NCBI RefSeq assembly: GCF_006345805.1
Contig: NC_043000.1
Coordinates: forward strand, 7,812,001 to 7,876,000
From: Octopus sinensis
Taxonomy: Eukaryota
DNA: 64,000 bases
Direction: 5' to 3'
The notes under the pieces were generated by a model. That model saw nothing but the letters and a program-made list of their open reading frames with translations. It was not told the DNA's origin and did not search any database. Position numbers and translations under genes: made by a program. This document shows, in pieces, positions 1-10,906 of the stretch (within the stretch, counting starts at the first letter, position 1; the number at the start of each line of letters is the position of its first letter).

Positions 1-31
<31 letters not shown>

Positions 32-170
32 GCAAATATATCTAAATACATATATGTATATATATATGTATATATGCAAATATATCTAAATACATATATG
101 TATATGTATACATATTTATATATATGTGCATATGTATATGTACATATGTATATGTATATGTAAGCATATA
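1..170. repeat. (TA)n/(TATG)n compound microsatellite
   Basis: Direct low-complexity repeat; the overlapping 79-aa ORF is an artefact. Confidence 0.9.
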
Positions 171-789
171 TATACTTGAATGAGCATTGTTATTTATCAT
201 GGTTACTTGTGCTAAAAATTTGAGCTTGTTAGTAAACATGTTTTTCACTAACGAGCAAAAGAAATGCAGATCTGCATTCATGAATGTCTACCCAAGAATA
301 TATTTATTCCCACATCTCAGATCGGTACGAATGAGTATCTTTATTAGGCAAAAAAAAAAAGGAAGCAAAAAATGGAAGATGGAAAATAAAAAAATAAACC
401 ATAGGCATTTATGCTTCATTTATAATCTTTTTCTTTTCATTGGATGTGAGTGTTTTTATTCTGGTAAATCATTTCAAATCATAAGAGGATATCTCATTGG
501 GCCAAATTCTGTGAGACACTCCAAGATGGCGTTAATATAAACTGCCCTTACGTAGCAAATAAGCATTTAAAAAGCAATTTGTAAATATTGTGGAGTAAAT
601 GCTTGCTTGAGTACCTAGCAATTAAGAGCTGTGTAGAATGATGTTTGTTGAGCTATAAAATAATCGATTTTAAATTATTGGTTACAAATGTATTTTTTTA
701 CGTTATTTATATTTAAAAAAATATCTCAGCTGTTTTTATATATATTCACATATTCTTTTATTCCTTTATTCTTTACTTGTTTCATTATT

Positions 790-1216
790 CCTTTATTCTT
801 TACTTGTTTCAGTCATTAGACCACAGCCATGCAGAGGCACTGCCTTGAATTTTTAATTGATTGAGTCAACCACAGTACTTATTTTTTAAGCCGGGTACTT
901 ATTCTATTGGTATCTTTTTGATGAACTGCTAAGTTACAGGGATGCAAACACACCAACAGAAGTTGTTAGTGGTGGTCGGTGGACAAACACAAGGACACAC
1001 ACACATAGATATACATACATACATACATGCATACATACATACATACATACATGACAGGCTTATTTCAGTTTCTGTCTACCAAATCCACTCACAAGGCTTT
1101 GGTCAGCTTGAGGCTATAGTAGAAGACACTTGCTCAAGGTGCCACGCAGTGGGACTGAACCTGGAACCACGTGGTTGGGAAGCAAGCTTCTTACCACACA
1201 GCCATGCTTGTGCCTA
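790..1216 (-). mobile_element. tRNA-derived CORE-type SINE, family A
   Basis: Reverse complement of the 30007-30415 copy: A/B-box head, CCTTGGGCAAGTG core-like motif, internal TA/TG microsatellite, GAAACAAGTAAA(AGA) tail. Confidence 0.85.
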
Positions 1217-1319
1217 TGTATATGATTATATATTCTATGCACATGTATGTACATGTATGTATAATGTGCTTATTGTGTATAGTGCTCAGTTGCCCTGCAC
1301 CTCATTGGGGAATGGTAAA

Positions 1320-1560
1320 AGAGGGGACAGGGATCAGTCATAAGCCAAGTAAAGAGAGAGAGAGAGTAATGATAGCTGGAAGTGCATGCACGGTGCACAA
1401 AACAAAACAGAGAAAGATGAATACGTAACAAGTAAAAGAGCTTATAGAGCAGAAAGGCTGCAGAGGCAGAAGAGAAAGAGAATGACGAATTTCAGGAAGC
1501 ATCGGGTTTTTGAAGGACACAGTGTCCTGACAGTTGAAAACAGAAATGTTAAGTTTATTC
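1320..1560 (+). pseudogene. degraded RTE-like LINE fragment
   Basis: DEYVTSKRAYRAERLQRQKRKR...VFEGHSVLTVENRNV loosely resembles the RTE APE-RT linker. Confidence 0.35.
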
Positions 1561-1572
1561 CATGCAGTGCAT

Positions 1573-1712
1573 GATGTTGAAAGTGTTTGCTTCATGGCAC
1601 TGGGTTCAATCCCACTGCATGGCGCTTTGGGCAAGTGTCTTCTACTATAGCCTCAGGTCGACCAAAGCCTTCTTGTGAGTGGATTTAGTAGATGGAAACT
1701 GAAAAGAGCCCG

Positions 1713-1759
<47 letters not shown>

Positions 1760-1966
1760 TGTGTGTGTTTGTGTGTCTGTGTTGTCCCCCACCATTGCTT
1801 GACAACTGATCTTGGTATGTTTATGTCCCCGTAACTTAGCGATTTGGCAAAGAGACCAATAGAATAATTACTAGGCTTTCAAAGAATAAGTCCTGGGGTC
1901 GATTTGTTCAAGTAATGGCTACAATCAAATGACTGAGACAAGTAAAAGAATATAAGAATAAAAGAA
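1573..1966 (+). mobile_element. SINE family A
   Basis: GGTTCAATCCCAC B-box, TTGGGCAAGTG motif, TA array, family tail. Confidence 0.85.
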
Positions 1967-2339
1967 TGTAATTAACTTATCCCCTCCCCTGGAATTGCTG
2001 GTCATGTGTCAGAATTTGAAATCAATATGGATTGCCTCCACCTATCTTAATATGTAAAAATCTTTTTAGCATAGTGATATAAACAAGAGTGCTTATATAG
2101 CAATATAAACAAGAGTGCTTATATGCACCAGAAGCCAATATGAGAGTTTCTCTCATGGTAATTATCGCAGTATTTTGTGTTTCAAAACAACATCCACTTT
2201 TGAGTAGGGATAAAATAAAAAACAATCAGTATTTCATTGTGACTAATTAGTGAAGAAAGCCACAATATAATTAACACAGCAGAAATGTGTGTCAAAAGAA
2301 AATTATGAAATGCACACTATTAAGTCTGTTAATTTAATT

Positions 2340-2645
2340 AACAAAATGATAATTAGAATGTTGCAGGAAAGAATTGCAAGACAGATTCTTGAAGCTGAGC
2401 AAACTGGCAGGAGACCTAGGGGTAAACCAAGAACGAGATGGTTAGATAATAGCCATTATTTCAGTTGTTCATAGTTGGGAATCCAACCCAGAAGTCAGTT
2501 GCTTCTGATAGGATCCTATGGAGGAGGTGCCTAAAGATTTTACCCCAACAACCCTCCCAAGAATAATGGATGAAAATTCTGGTTACATGGGTGGGTGGAT
2601 GGGTAGCTGGCAGGATAGATGGATGAATGGATGAATGGATGGGGG
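2340..2645 (+). mobile_element. RTE LINE 3' end with (TGGA)n tail
   Basis: ERIARQILEAEQTGRRPRGKPRTRWLDN...DRILWRR is the typical RTE C-terminus. Confidence 0.7.
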
Positions 2646-2651
2646 GATGGT

Positions 2652-2960
2652 GGAGGCACATGGCCTAGTGGTTAGAGCAGCGGACTCACGGTCGAGGGAT
2701 TGCGGGTTCGAATCTCAGACCAGGCGATGTGTGTGTTTATCAGCGAAACACCTAAGCTCCATGCGGCTCCGGCAGAAGGTAATGGCGAACTTCTGCTGAT
2801 TCTTTTGCCACAACTTTCTCTCACTCTTTCCTCCTGCATCTTGCAGCTCACCTGCGATGGACCGGCGTCCCATCCAGGTGGGGAACCTATATGCCAAGGA
2901 AACTGGGAAACCAGCCCTTATGAGCCAGGCATGGCTCGAGAAGGAACAAAACAATAAAAA
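2652..2960 (+). mobile_element. tRNA(Arg)-like-head SINE, 3' module 1
   Basis: TGGCCTAGTGG A-box and GGTTCGAATC B-box; first ~190 bp shared with 15627 and 53800 copies. Confidence 0.8.
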
Positions 2961-3090
2961 ACAACATGGATGGATGGATGGATGAATGGAAAATTACAGG
3001 GAGAGTTACATAGAATGTCTGGAAATTTTTGCACCAAAATTGTTTTAGTGTGATGAGACGAGAAATAAATTAATTCATATATTTTCTTAT

Positions 3091-3260
3091 AGGTGCAGGT
3101 ATGGACGTGTGGTTAGAAGCTTACTTTTCAACCACATAGTTCTGGGTTTGGTCCCACTGAGTGGAACTTTGGGCAAGTGTCTTCTACTCTAGTCTCAAGC
3201 TGACCAAAGCCTTGTGAGTGGATTTGGTAGGCAGAAAATGAAAGAAGCCCATCATAAATA
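3091..3260 (+). mobile_element. SINE family A, 5' half
   Basis: Head and core motif, ends in TA array. Confidence 0.75.
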
Positions 3261-3479
3261 TATATATATATATATATATATATCGTTTTTGGATTTAGTT
3301 TGCAAGATTCTTTATGTGAGTTTGTGTGTTGAAGCATATTCTGTTGTGTCAGAGTCAAAACTATTGAAAAAAGTTGCAAGAAATAAGTGGAAATTTTACT
3401 GGTGAGTGTGTTAAATTATAAGGCACTAAAAGAGAATGACTCTCCCCAGACAAAACAGAAAATATATATGTATATATAT

Positions 3480-3640
3480 ATGATAGGCTTCTTTCAGTTT
3501 CCATCTGCGAAATCCACTCACAAGGCTTTGGTCAGTCTGAAGTTTATAATAGAAGACAGTTGCCCAAGGTGCCATGCAGTGGGACTCAACCCAGAACAAT
3601 GTGCTTGAAAAGTAAACTTCTTACAACACATGCACACCTG
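3480..3640 (-). mobile_element. SINE family A, 5' half
   Basis: Reverse complement of the family A head and core. Confidence 0.75.
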
Positions 3641-4342
3641 CACCAAATTTGAAGATTTGGTTGCTATTTCTAGCGTAGTGATCAACCACCAAGAGATTAT
3701 TTCCATACAATTCTGGATATGAATGGTGGACAGATGGTGATACTTTAGAGTAACTTTTACTTTACTCTAAATTTTCAGATAAATACATTAGGAACAATTC
3801 TTGTTCAAACAATTGGCTTCATTTATTTGCTGCACTTATAAATCCCTTGTTGATGGTTGTTCAGAGACTGTGGTAATTTATTTTGTAATTTACTCATTTT
3901 TTATTAAATCATCTTTATTTTTATCTTCTTTAGGCGTAATACAATCAAACCAGTTCTTATTGATTAGATATCGATGGACAGATTGGATTTTGTTGTGTGC
4001 AATGTTAAGGTGCTGTTTGCCATGTCTAGAAATGTACACACGAATCGAATGTATCAGTGAATAGATTAGCTACAGTGACATGTGTGCTTGACTTGAAGGT
4101 TTCACTGAACAAACAAGAAGGCTGTCAACCCTCAGCGAGTAATGTCTACGAGTTCTTTTTTCTTTTCCCCCTGACCTGAGTATAAAAGACAGCAACCTGG
4201 TGATCGGTCAAAAGGCATACTAGCTTGTATTCTACTATTCTGTGCTTGCCTCGGGCTGATGTGCTTAACTCTCAGTGACCTAATACTATAGGTAGATACG
4301 GTAATACTAGCACCAGTCCAATGAACCATATACAGGTAGATA

Positions 4343-4935
4343 CGGTAATACCTCACATTTTGAGGACCTGCTTTATGAGACCCTGAGTTTATGAGTTTTA
4401 TTTTTCAGCTTACTATTATATGGTGAGCTAAAATTTTTCAAGCACAAAGTCCAAATTTTGAATGAATTGCAAAAGTTTCTACTACCATAATAAATGCTTC
4501 TGCATGTTACTGAGATATTTGAAGAGAGCAAAAAAAAAAAAAGCTTCTTCTAAGCAAACAACTCTAGACTTGTTTTTTAAAAAGAAATCTACAAGTCCAT
4601 GGGAGCTTGTGAATTGGCAATTGCATCTACAAGCAATGGTGTGCACAAGTCTAGTGTGAGTGAAAGTGATTCAGAAAACGATTATAATAATAATATTTTT
4701 TATTATAAATGATTTTGGCATCCTTTTTTCTTTATATAAAATATTCTTTACATTCTTCTGTTGTTTTATTGCCATTTATTTAAAGTATTATAAATTTTAT
4801 TGGTAAAATATTTTTCTGGGAATGAATTACGATTTATAACATTGCTACTATGGGAAATTATTGCTCTGCTTTACAAGTTTTTGCTTTATGAGTGGTCACC
4901 AAGAACAAATTAACTCAAATATCAAGGCATTACTG
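4343..4935 (+). mobile_element. Tigger/pogo-like non-autonomous DNA transposon
   Basis: TA|CGGTAATACCTC...TCAAGGCATTACTG|TA imperfect ~22-bp TIRs with TA flanks; internal KKKKASSKQTTLDLFFKK resembles the Tigger transposase C-terminus. Confidence 0.65.
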
Positions 4936-5384
4936 TATGAGAATGTGCAGTTCATCACTGTACAAGGACAGAGCATTTATGCTATCACTTGAAATAACAG
5001 CTAATGATGTTTTGAATAAGGAAGGATGGTTTGAATAATATAACCTGGAAATAAATAAATATATATATATAAAAAGACTGAATGTTCTTGGTTGAACCAC
5101 CTTTGATAATGGTTAAACCACATTACTCTTTAAGGAGTATATGGCCAGTTTTCTGATTTCTCTGGAGTATATACTTGTCCCTGCAAAGGCTCATATCTGC
5201 TCACTCCATTTCAGAATCACGAAGCCAACCAGCCTCTTAACATCAAATGGTCAGCCCCACAAAAGGATAAAAGGTAAAGCTGACCTTAGCAGTATTTGAA
5301 CTCAGAACATAAAGAACTAAAAGAAACACCTCTAAGCATTTTGTCCAATGAATTAACAAATCCACCAGCTCACTGTCTTAATAA

Positions 5385-5945
5385 TCATTTCTACTATAGG
5401 TACAAGGCCTGAGATTTTGGAGAAAGGGGGCTAGTTGATTAGATCAACCCCAATATACAACTGGTACTGAGGAATTTCAACAGCTACCACAACAGCTCCT
5501 TTAAAGAATCCAGTTAGCTCAAGACATCATCAGGAGGAACCACATCCAGTTTCAGCCCCTGCTCCTCTACCATTTTGACGTGGCAGGGCTCCCCCACTTT
5601 CGGAGGTGTCTTCAGCTCTGGTGTTGAGTGCATGTCTTCTTTCTTCTTCTGTCTTCTGTTCCCTGGCCTCTTTGATGTAGCGTCAACGAGTGTCAGTGGG
5701 CGACTGACCGCCTTGTTAAATTTTTTCCCTTTAAATACCTGCTGCTAGGCTCCAGCAGGCAGCCCTAGCAAGTTGTTATGTGACACTGTCTCAACTTTAA
5801 CTGACCAATTTATCGATCCTGAAAGGATGAAAGGCAAAGCTGGCCTTGGTGGAATTTGAACTCAGAAAGTAAAGACAAATGAAATGCCGCTAAGCATTTT
5901 GCCCTGTGTGCTAATGATTCTGTCAGCTCACTGCCTTTACGAATA
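5385..5945 (-). mobile_element. SINE family B split by a ~337-bp insertion (5470-5806)
   Basis: Consensus CAACTGGTACT-TAATTTATCGA is interrupted and resumes at about 5807. Confidence 0.75.
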
Positions 5946-6199
5946 CTGAGATAATAATAACTATTATGATTCCCATCGTCTTCAAAGCCAATGGCAACAG
6001 GCATTGAAGATATGCTTGATACAGCATTCAGCTACCACAAAGCTGTGAGGACTGTGATATGTAACACATTACATTGCAGATGTGTAGTGACTACTTTAAT
6101 GTAAACCACCACATACACACACATATGCAGATATAGATATATAGATAGATATATTAGTCTCTACATCATGCATGAATAGTAACTGCTTTAATACCTACG

Positions 6200-6366
6200 T
6201 ATATAGATATCTAGACCATAACAGACACATACACACCCATGTATGCACACACACACACAGACACATACATACATACATACATACATACACATATATACAT
6301 ACATACATACATACATATGTATATATGTGAGTGTGTGTGTATGTATATATGTATGTATGTATATAA

Positions 6367-6398
<32 letters not shown>

Positions 6399-6480
6399 GT
6401 GTATGTATGTATATATATATATATATATACATAGATAGATAGATAAATGGATACATAGATATATAGATAGACATATCACA
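6200..6480. repeat. (CA)/(TACA)/(TA)/(GATA) compound microsatellite
   Basis: Direct observation. Confidence 0.9.
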
Positions 6481-7149
6481 CTACATCATACACATATAGT
6501 GACTAGTGTCTACTTATGTTAGTAAACAACAACAAACATATATATTTACATACACATATACATGTACACACACATACATGTGTGTGCACACTCACACATA
6601 AAGATAGACAGATGCATACATTCTCAGCTGTCAAAAAATATTTTCATAACAAAATATATATATTTCCAATAATGGGTTTATCCCCTCAGAAGTAATAAAC
6701 TAATATAAAATAATATAGTAATATTTGTGTGTGTGTATGTATGTATGTATGTATGTATACACAAACATGCACACATACACACACACACAATTGATTATAA
6801 TTAAGAAAGAAAAACACACACACAAAGCAAAACTATAACAATCAATAGAAAAGATGGTCAAATGTTGTGGGTGTTGAATACGGCAGACAATCCAAACAAT
6901 GTAATGTTCTTAATTTAGGCTGTTTCTAGAACATTCCTGATATGAGAAAATAAATAAAAGAGAAAGATAAATGGGAAATACTGAAGAAGTAATAACAACA
7001 ACAACAACAACAACAATAATAATAATAATAATACTGATCATGACGATAATGCAATGTTGACTTGGCAAAGAAAAATTCAATGAGAAAGAAAGAATAAATA
7101 AATGAATGGGTAAATGAAACAAAATAAATATAATGGAATGGAAATGTGG

Positions 7150-7435
7150 GGAAGATGCTGATGATGAGGAGGAGGATGATAGCGATGATGATGATGATGA
7201 GGATGATGATGACGACGACGACGATGATGATGATGACGATGATGATGATGATCATATTTATGATGATGTCGATGACGACGACGACAATGATGGAAATAAT
7301 GATGTTGATGATGGCAACAATGACAATGATAATGATGATGATGTTGATGATAAAAGATGATGATGACAATAATGGTGATAACAACACCGCTGCTGCTGCT
7401 GCTGCCACTGATGAGGATGATGGTGATGATGATGC
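7150..7435. repeat. (GAT/GAC)n trinucleotide array
   Basis: Direct observation; explains the poly-D/M/H/I ORFs. Confidence 0.9.
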
Positions 7436-7625
7436 TGATACCTATCCAGCTGATCATCATGGTGACGGACATTTTTTTTTTATCTGATGACTGCAAAAAT
7501 TAACAGAACAGCTGTGAGAATATATCTGTGAGAAATGTCAGGTTATACAACGAATTCAATAATTTTTCTTTTTTTATCTTCTCAAAGTGGAAGTCACCAT
7601 CTTTGTTATATCACATACATACATA

Positions 7626-7700
7626 TGAGGTGGTATCAAAAAGTTCCCGGACTAGTTCTGTTGTGCACCACTAGATGGCAGCACATGGTTTCATGCACAG
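7626..7700 (+). mobile_element. mariner-like left end (TIR fragment)
   Basis: TA|TGAGGTGGTATCAAAAAGTTCCCGGACT resembles mariner TIRs and is followed by CCACTAGATGGC; no right TIR found. Confidence 0.55.
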
Positions 7701-7729
7701 TGTGCTGAGTGACATTGCTGTGTCCTTTT

Positions 7730-7920
7730 TTTCTGCCTTTAACCCTCCAATGGGGAGTATAGGCCACTTATAGTTGAATTCCATGTCGCATAATTTTTCG
7801 CTGCTGTACTTATATTCTGCCATGAACGTTCCCCTTTCTCTAGTTCCTTTTGTGATCTATGCCATGAGTTCTTAGGCCTATCTTTCTTTCTACATCCATA
7901 CAGATTCCACTGTAAGGCAC
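7730..7920 (-). mobile_element. RTE LINE 3' end
   Basis: Minus-strand translation ALQWNLYGCRKKDRPKNSW...SWQNISTAAKNYATW...GLYSPLEG*. Confidence 0.7.
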
Positions 7921-7926
7921 TTTTCG

Positions 7927-9202
7927 CTACTGTCCTGGTTATAAGTTACAGCTACAATATCCTTAACTGGACTCTAAATGAACTAATCAAAATAGACAGG
8001 AAAACAAGAAGAATAATGACTGGATTTAGGATGCACTACCCAAAATCTGACTTAGAAAGGTTATATATACAACGTATTGAAGGTGGTAGAGGCCTTATAT
8101 AACTAGAAAACAATTACAAAATAACCACCATAGGGCTACAGAAATACCTACTCCAGAAGCTAGGAAAACTAAATAAATAGCCAGAAAACATGAACAAAAC
8201 AAAAACGTTTTCAGTCTTTAAGGAAGCTGACAAATGCAAACAAGAAGTCATACTATCAAACTATGAAGAAAAAGAAGAATCAACGAAAGCTGTAAAACAA
8301 CTGAAATCCAAACTAAAACTAGAACAGCAACGGATCATGATAAAACGATGGCAAGAAAAGCCCCTTCATGGCAAATACTGGGTTAAACTAAACAGAAAAG
8401 AAATAGACAAAGAAAAATCCCAGCAATGGCTGAGAAGCTCAGGACTCAAAGCAGAAACAGAGGGATTTTTAATTGCAGCACAAAATCAAAGCCTTCCCTC
8501 TAGAAATTACCAAAAAAGAGACACAACAAGTAACTGCAGAATATGAGGAGATGGACAAGAAACAATAAATCATATCTCTGGCTGCCCAGTCCTGGCTAAG
8601 AAGGAATATATTTACAGAACAACTGAGTTGGGACCTATATACACTGGAAGTTATGCCAACATTATGGAATAACAACAGAAAAAAGATGGTATAGGCACAC
8701 ACCAGAAATGGTCACAGAAAACGAGAAAGCACCCATACTCTGGGATATGCCAATACACACAGATAGAGAAATTAAGACCAACAGACCAGATATAGTTGTC
8801 AGAGATCATGAAGAAAAAAAATGTTTTCTAATTGATGCATCAATACCAGCAGATGACAACATTTCTCTAAAAGAAATGGAGAAACTTTCAAAATACAAAG
8901 ACCTGGAAAACGAGGTAACTCGAATATGGAGTCTAAAAGCGGAAACAATTCCTATCATAGTAGGCACATTAAGTATGATAAAAAATATTCAGACAAATAC
9001 ATAACAGAAACACCAGGACTAGCAAGTATATATAACATACAGAAAATACCACTACAAGGCACTGCCCACATCCTACGTAAAGCACTTTCAATACAGTAAA
9101 AGTAAGAGCATCACAACAAACCACAGCACATACCCAAGGCACACGGAGCTGCGCTTGGTAGTGCAGTGAAAGCACATGATAAAAATAAGACTACTGAGTG
9201 AT

Positions 9203-9235
<33 letters not shown>
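7927..9235 (+). mobile_element. 5'-truncated, frameshifted R4/Dong-type non-LTR retrotransposon (RLE class)
   Basis: RT thumb (RLYIQRIEGGRGLI), LKAETEGFLIAAQ, zinc knuckle (CRI*...ETINH), RLE motifs RPDIVV...LIDASIP...KLSKY; 3' UTR then (TAA)n tail. Confidence 0.85.
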
Positions 9236-9237
<2 letters not shown>

Positions 9238-9292
9238 AGTTCTATATTTAAGAGATGATGAATTATGTACATTATTTACATTCGACAGATAC

Positions 9293-9378
9293 GGGCATAT
9301 GGTGTAGTGGTTAAGAGCATGGGTACTAACCCTAAGATTCCATGTTTGATTCCAAGCAGTGACCTGAACAATAACAAC

Positions 9379-9419
<41 letters not shown>

Positions 9420-9574
9420 CAACATCGAAAAATACCTTAGGAATGAGAACCCAGGTTCGAAATTTCCCCAAGACACCTGAAGAAGGCTGGAGGGTATACC
9501 AGCCAAAACGTTGTGTTAACAACAATCAAGATTAGGACAAATATCTGTTGAATGTAAATAATGTAAATAATGTC

Positions 9575-9575
<1 letters not shown>
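9293..9575 (+). mobile_element. tRNA-headed SINE with hammerhead-bearing 3' body
   Basis: TGGTGTAGTGGTTAAGAGC A-box, GTTTGATTCC B-box, internal (AAT)n, HHR at 9472-9517. Confidence 0.75.
9472..9517 (+). ncRNA. minimal type-I hammerhead ribozyme (G12>A in this copy)
   Basis: GACAC-CUGAAGA-A-GGCUGG(8 nt)CCAGCC-AAAAC-GU-U-GUGUU; stems I and II pair, stem III is the ACGU palindrome. Confidence 0.7.
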
Positions 9576-9622
<47 letters not shown>

Positions 9623-9639
9623 CCTCTCTACCATTGACC

Positions 9640-9790
9640 TATTGACCCCAGTGCTCAAATGGTACTTATTTTCTTAATCCCAAAAGGATGGAAGACAAAG
9701 TCATCCTCAGTGGAATTTAAACTCAGAATGTAAAACCAAAGAGAAATGCTACCAAGCATTTTGTCCAGCATGCTAATGGTTCTGCCAGTT
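9640..9790 (-). mobile_element. SINE family B
   Basis: Family B head and body, diverged. Confidence 0.7.
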
Positions 9791-10191
9791 CATCAATACA
9801 GCAACAGGGAAAGAACGAGAGAGGATAGGTGGAAGGCAGAGAAGGAGATAACATGTGGTTAGGTAGGCTGGCAGTGGGTGATGCAAATGTAGTGAATGAG
9901 GAGGGGGAATATGGGGAGTATGGTGGTGGAAGGGAGATAATTTGGTGGTTTGGAAGGGTGATCAATGTAAAATATGTGGGGAGAGAACATTAGAAATGAA
10001 AGATTTGTAACAGAGAAATGGTTCCTGGTAACAAGAGGAGGAAGTAGTATCAGGAAAAAATAACTGAAGGATGCAGTTCTGCTCACATTTAATTAGAGCA
10101 GAAGAATGGTGCAGATAAAGAGAGATGATGTATAAAGGGAATATCTTGAGGAAACTGGGCAGGATGTTTTATACATATGCTCACACACACA

Positions 10192-10357
10192 CATGTGCAT
10201 GCGTGAAGACGGGAAGGATGGCTTCCCTTTGCAAATACTGATAGGGCACAGAAAGTGTGTCTATAGCCAGCTGGAGGAGGTGTCCTCCTGGGGCTACAAA
10301 CTACAGTAGCATTCACCCTTAGGGGTTAGCCATATTCAAATGGCAAATATACGTCAC
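10192..10357 (+). mobile_element. HHR-family element, direct copy starting at the predicted cleavage site
   Basis: Homologous to the reverse complement of 63721-63893; terminal GCCAT-N6-ATGGC hairpin then TA array. Confidence 0.75.
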
Positions 10358-10390
10358 AATATATATATATATAGTTATGTATTTAATATG

Positions 10391-10447
<57 letters not shown>

Positions 10448-10448
10448 T

Positions 10449-10906
10449 GTGTGGTATACTTGCCATCTCAATATGGCTAACCAGTAAGGGTGGGTGTTAC
10501 TGTAGCCCCAGGAGAACATCGTCTCCAGCTGGCTTTAGGCACACTTTCTGTACCCTTATGGTATTTGCAAAGGGAGGTCATCCTTCCCTCGTCAACCTAA
10601 GTGATACGCATGGACTGCAGTTTCTAGGTATTGACCTGTCCTCAGTGTACGACAATCATCGGTTTTCGATGAAGGGGGTCCTAATGCAAATACTTATATC
10701 GTTTTTCTAGTAACTTTTCGTCACTGATCTCGAAAAACTGTCTGCAACTATAATAAATCTACAGGTTGACGAGGGAAGGATGACCTCCCTTTGAAAATAC
10801 CATAAGGGCACAGAAAGTGTGCTTAAAGTCAGCTGGAGACGACCTTCTTCTGGGACTACAAGCTACAGTAACACCCACCCTTACTGGTTAGCCATATTGA
10901 GATGGC
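10449..10906 (-). mobile_element. fold-back element: ~140-bp inverted arms (10462-10598 / 10763-10906) with a hammerhead in the spacer
   Basis: Arms are clear reverse complements; left end abuts (TA)n. Confidence 0.85.
10607..10651 (-). ncRNA. minimal type-I hammerhead ribozyme
   Basis: CGUACA-CUGAGGA-CAGG(UCAAUA)CCUA-GAA-ACUGCAGU-C-CAUGCG; palindromic stem III and GUC triplet. Confidence 0.75.

Noticed and set aside
522-532. YY1-like CAAGATGGCG motif
   Set aside because: A single short motif with no supporting promoter features.
3660-4010. Putative small exons near 3674-3870 and 3933-4010
   Set aside because: Splice-like sites exist, but frames are stop-bounded or give introns under 45 nt, and no peptide is recognisable.
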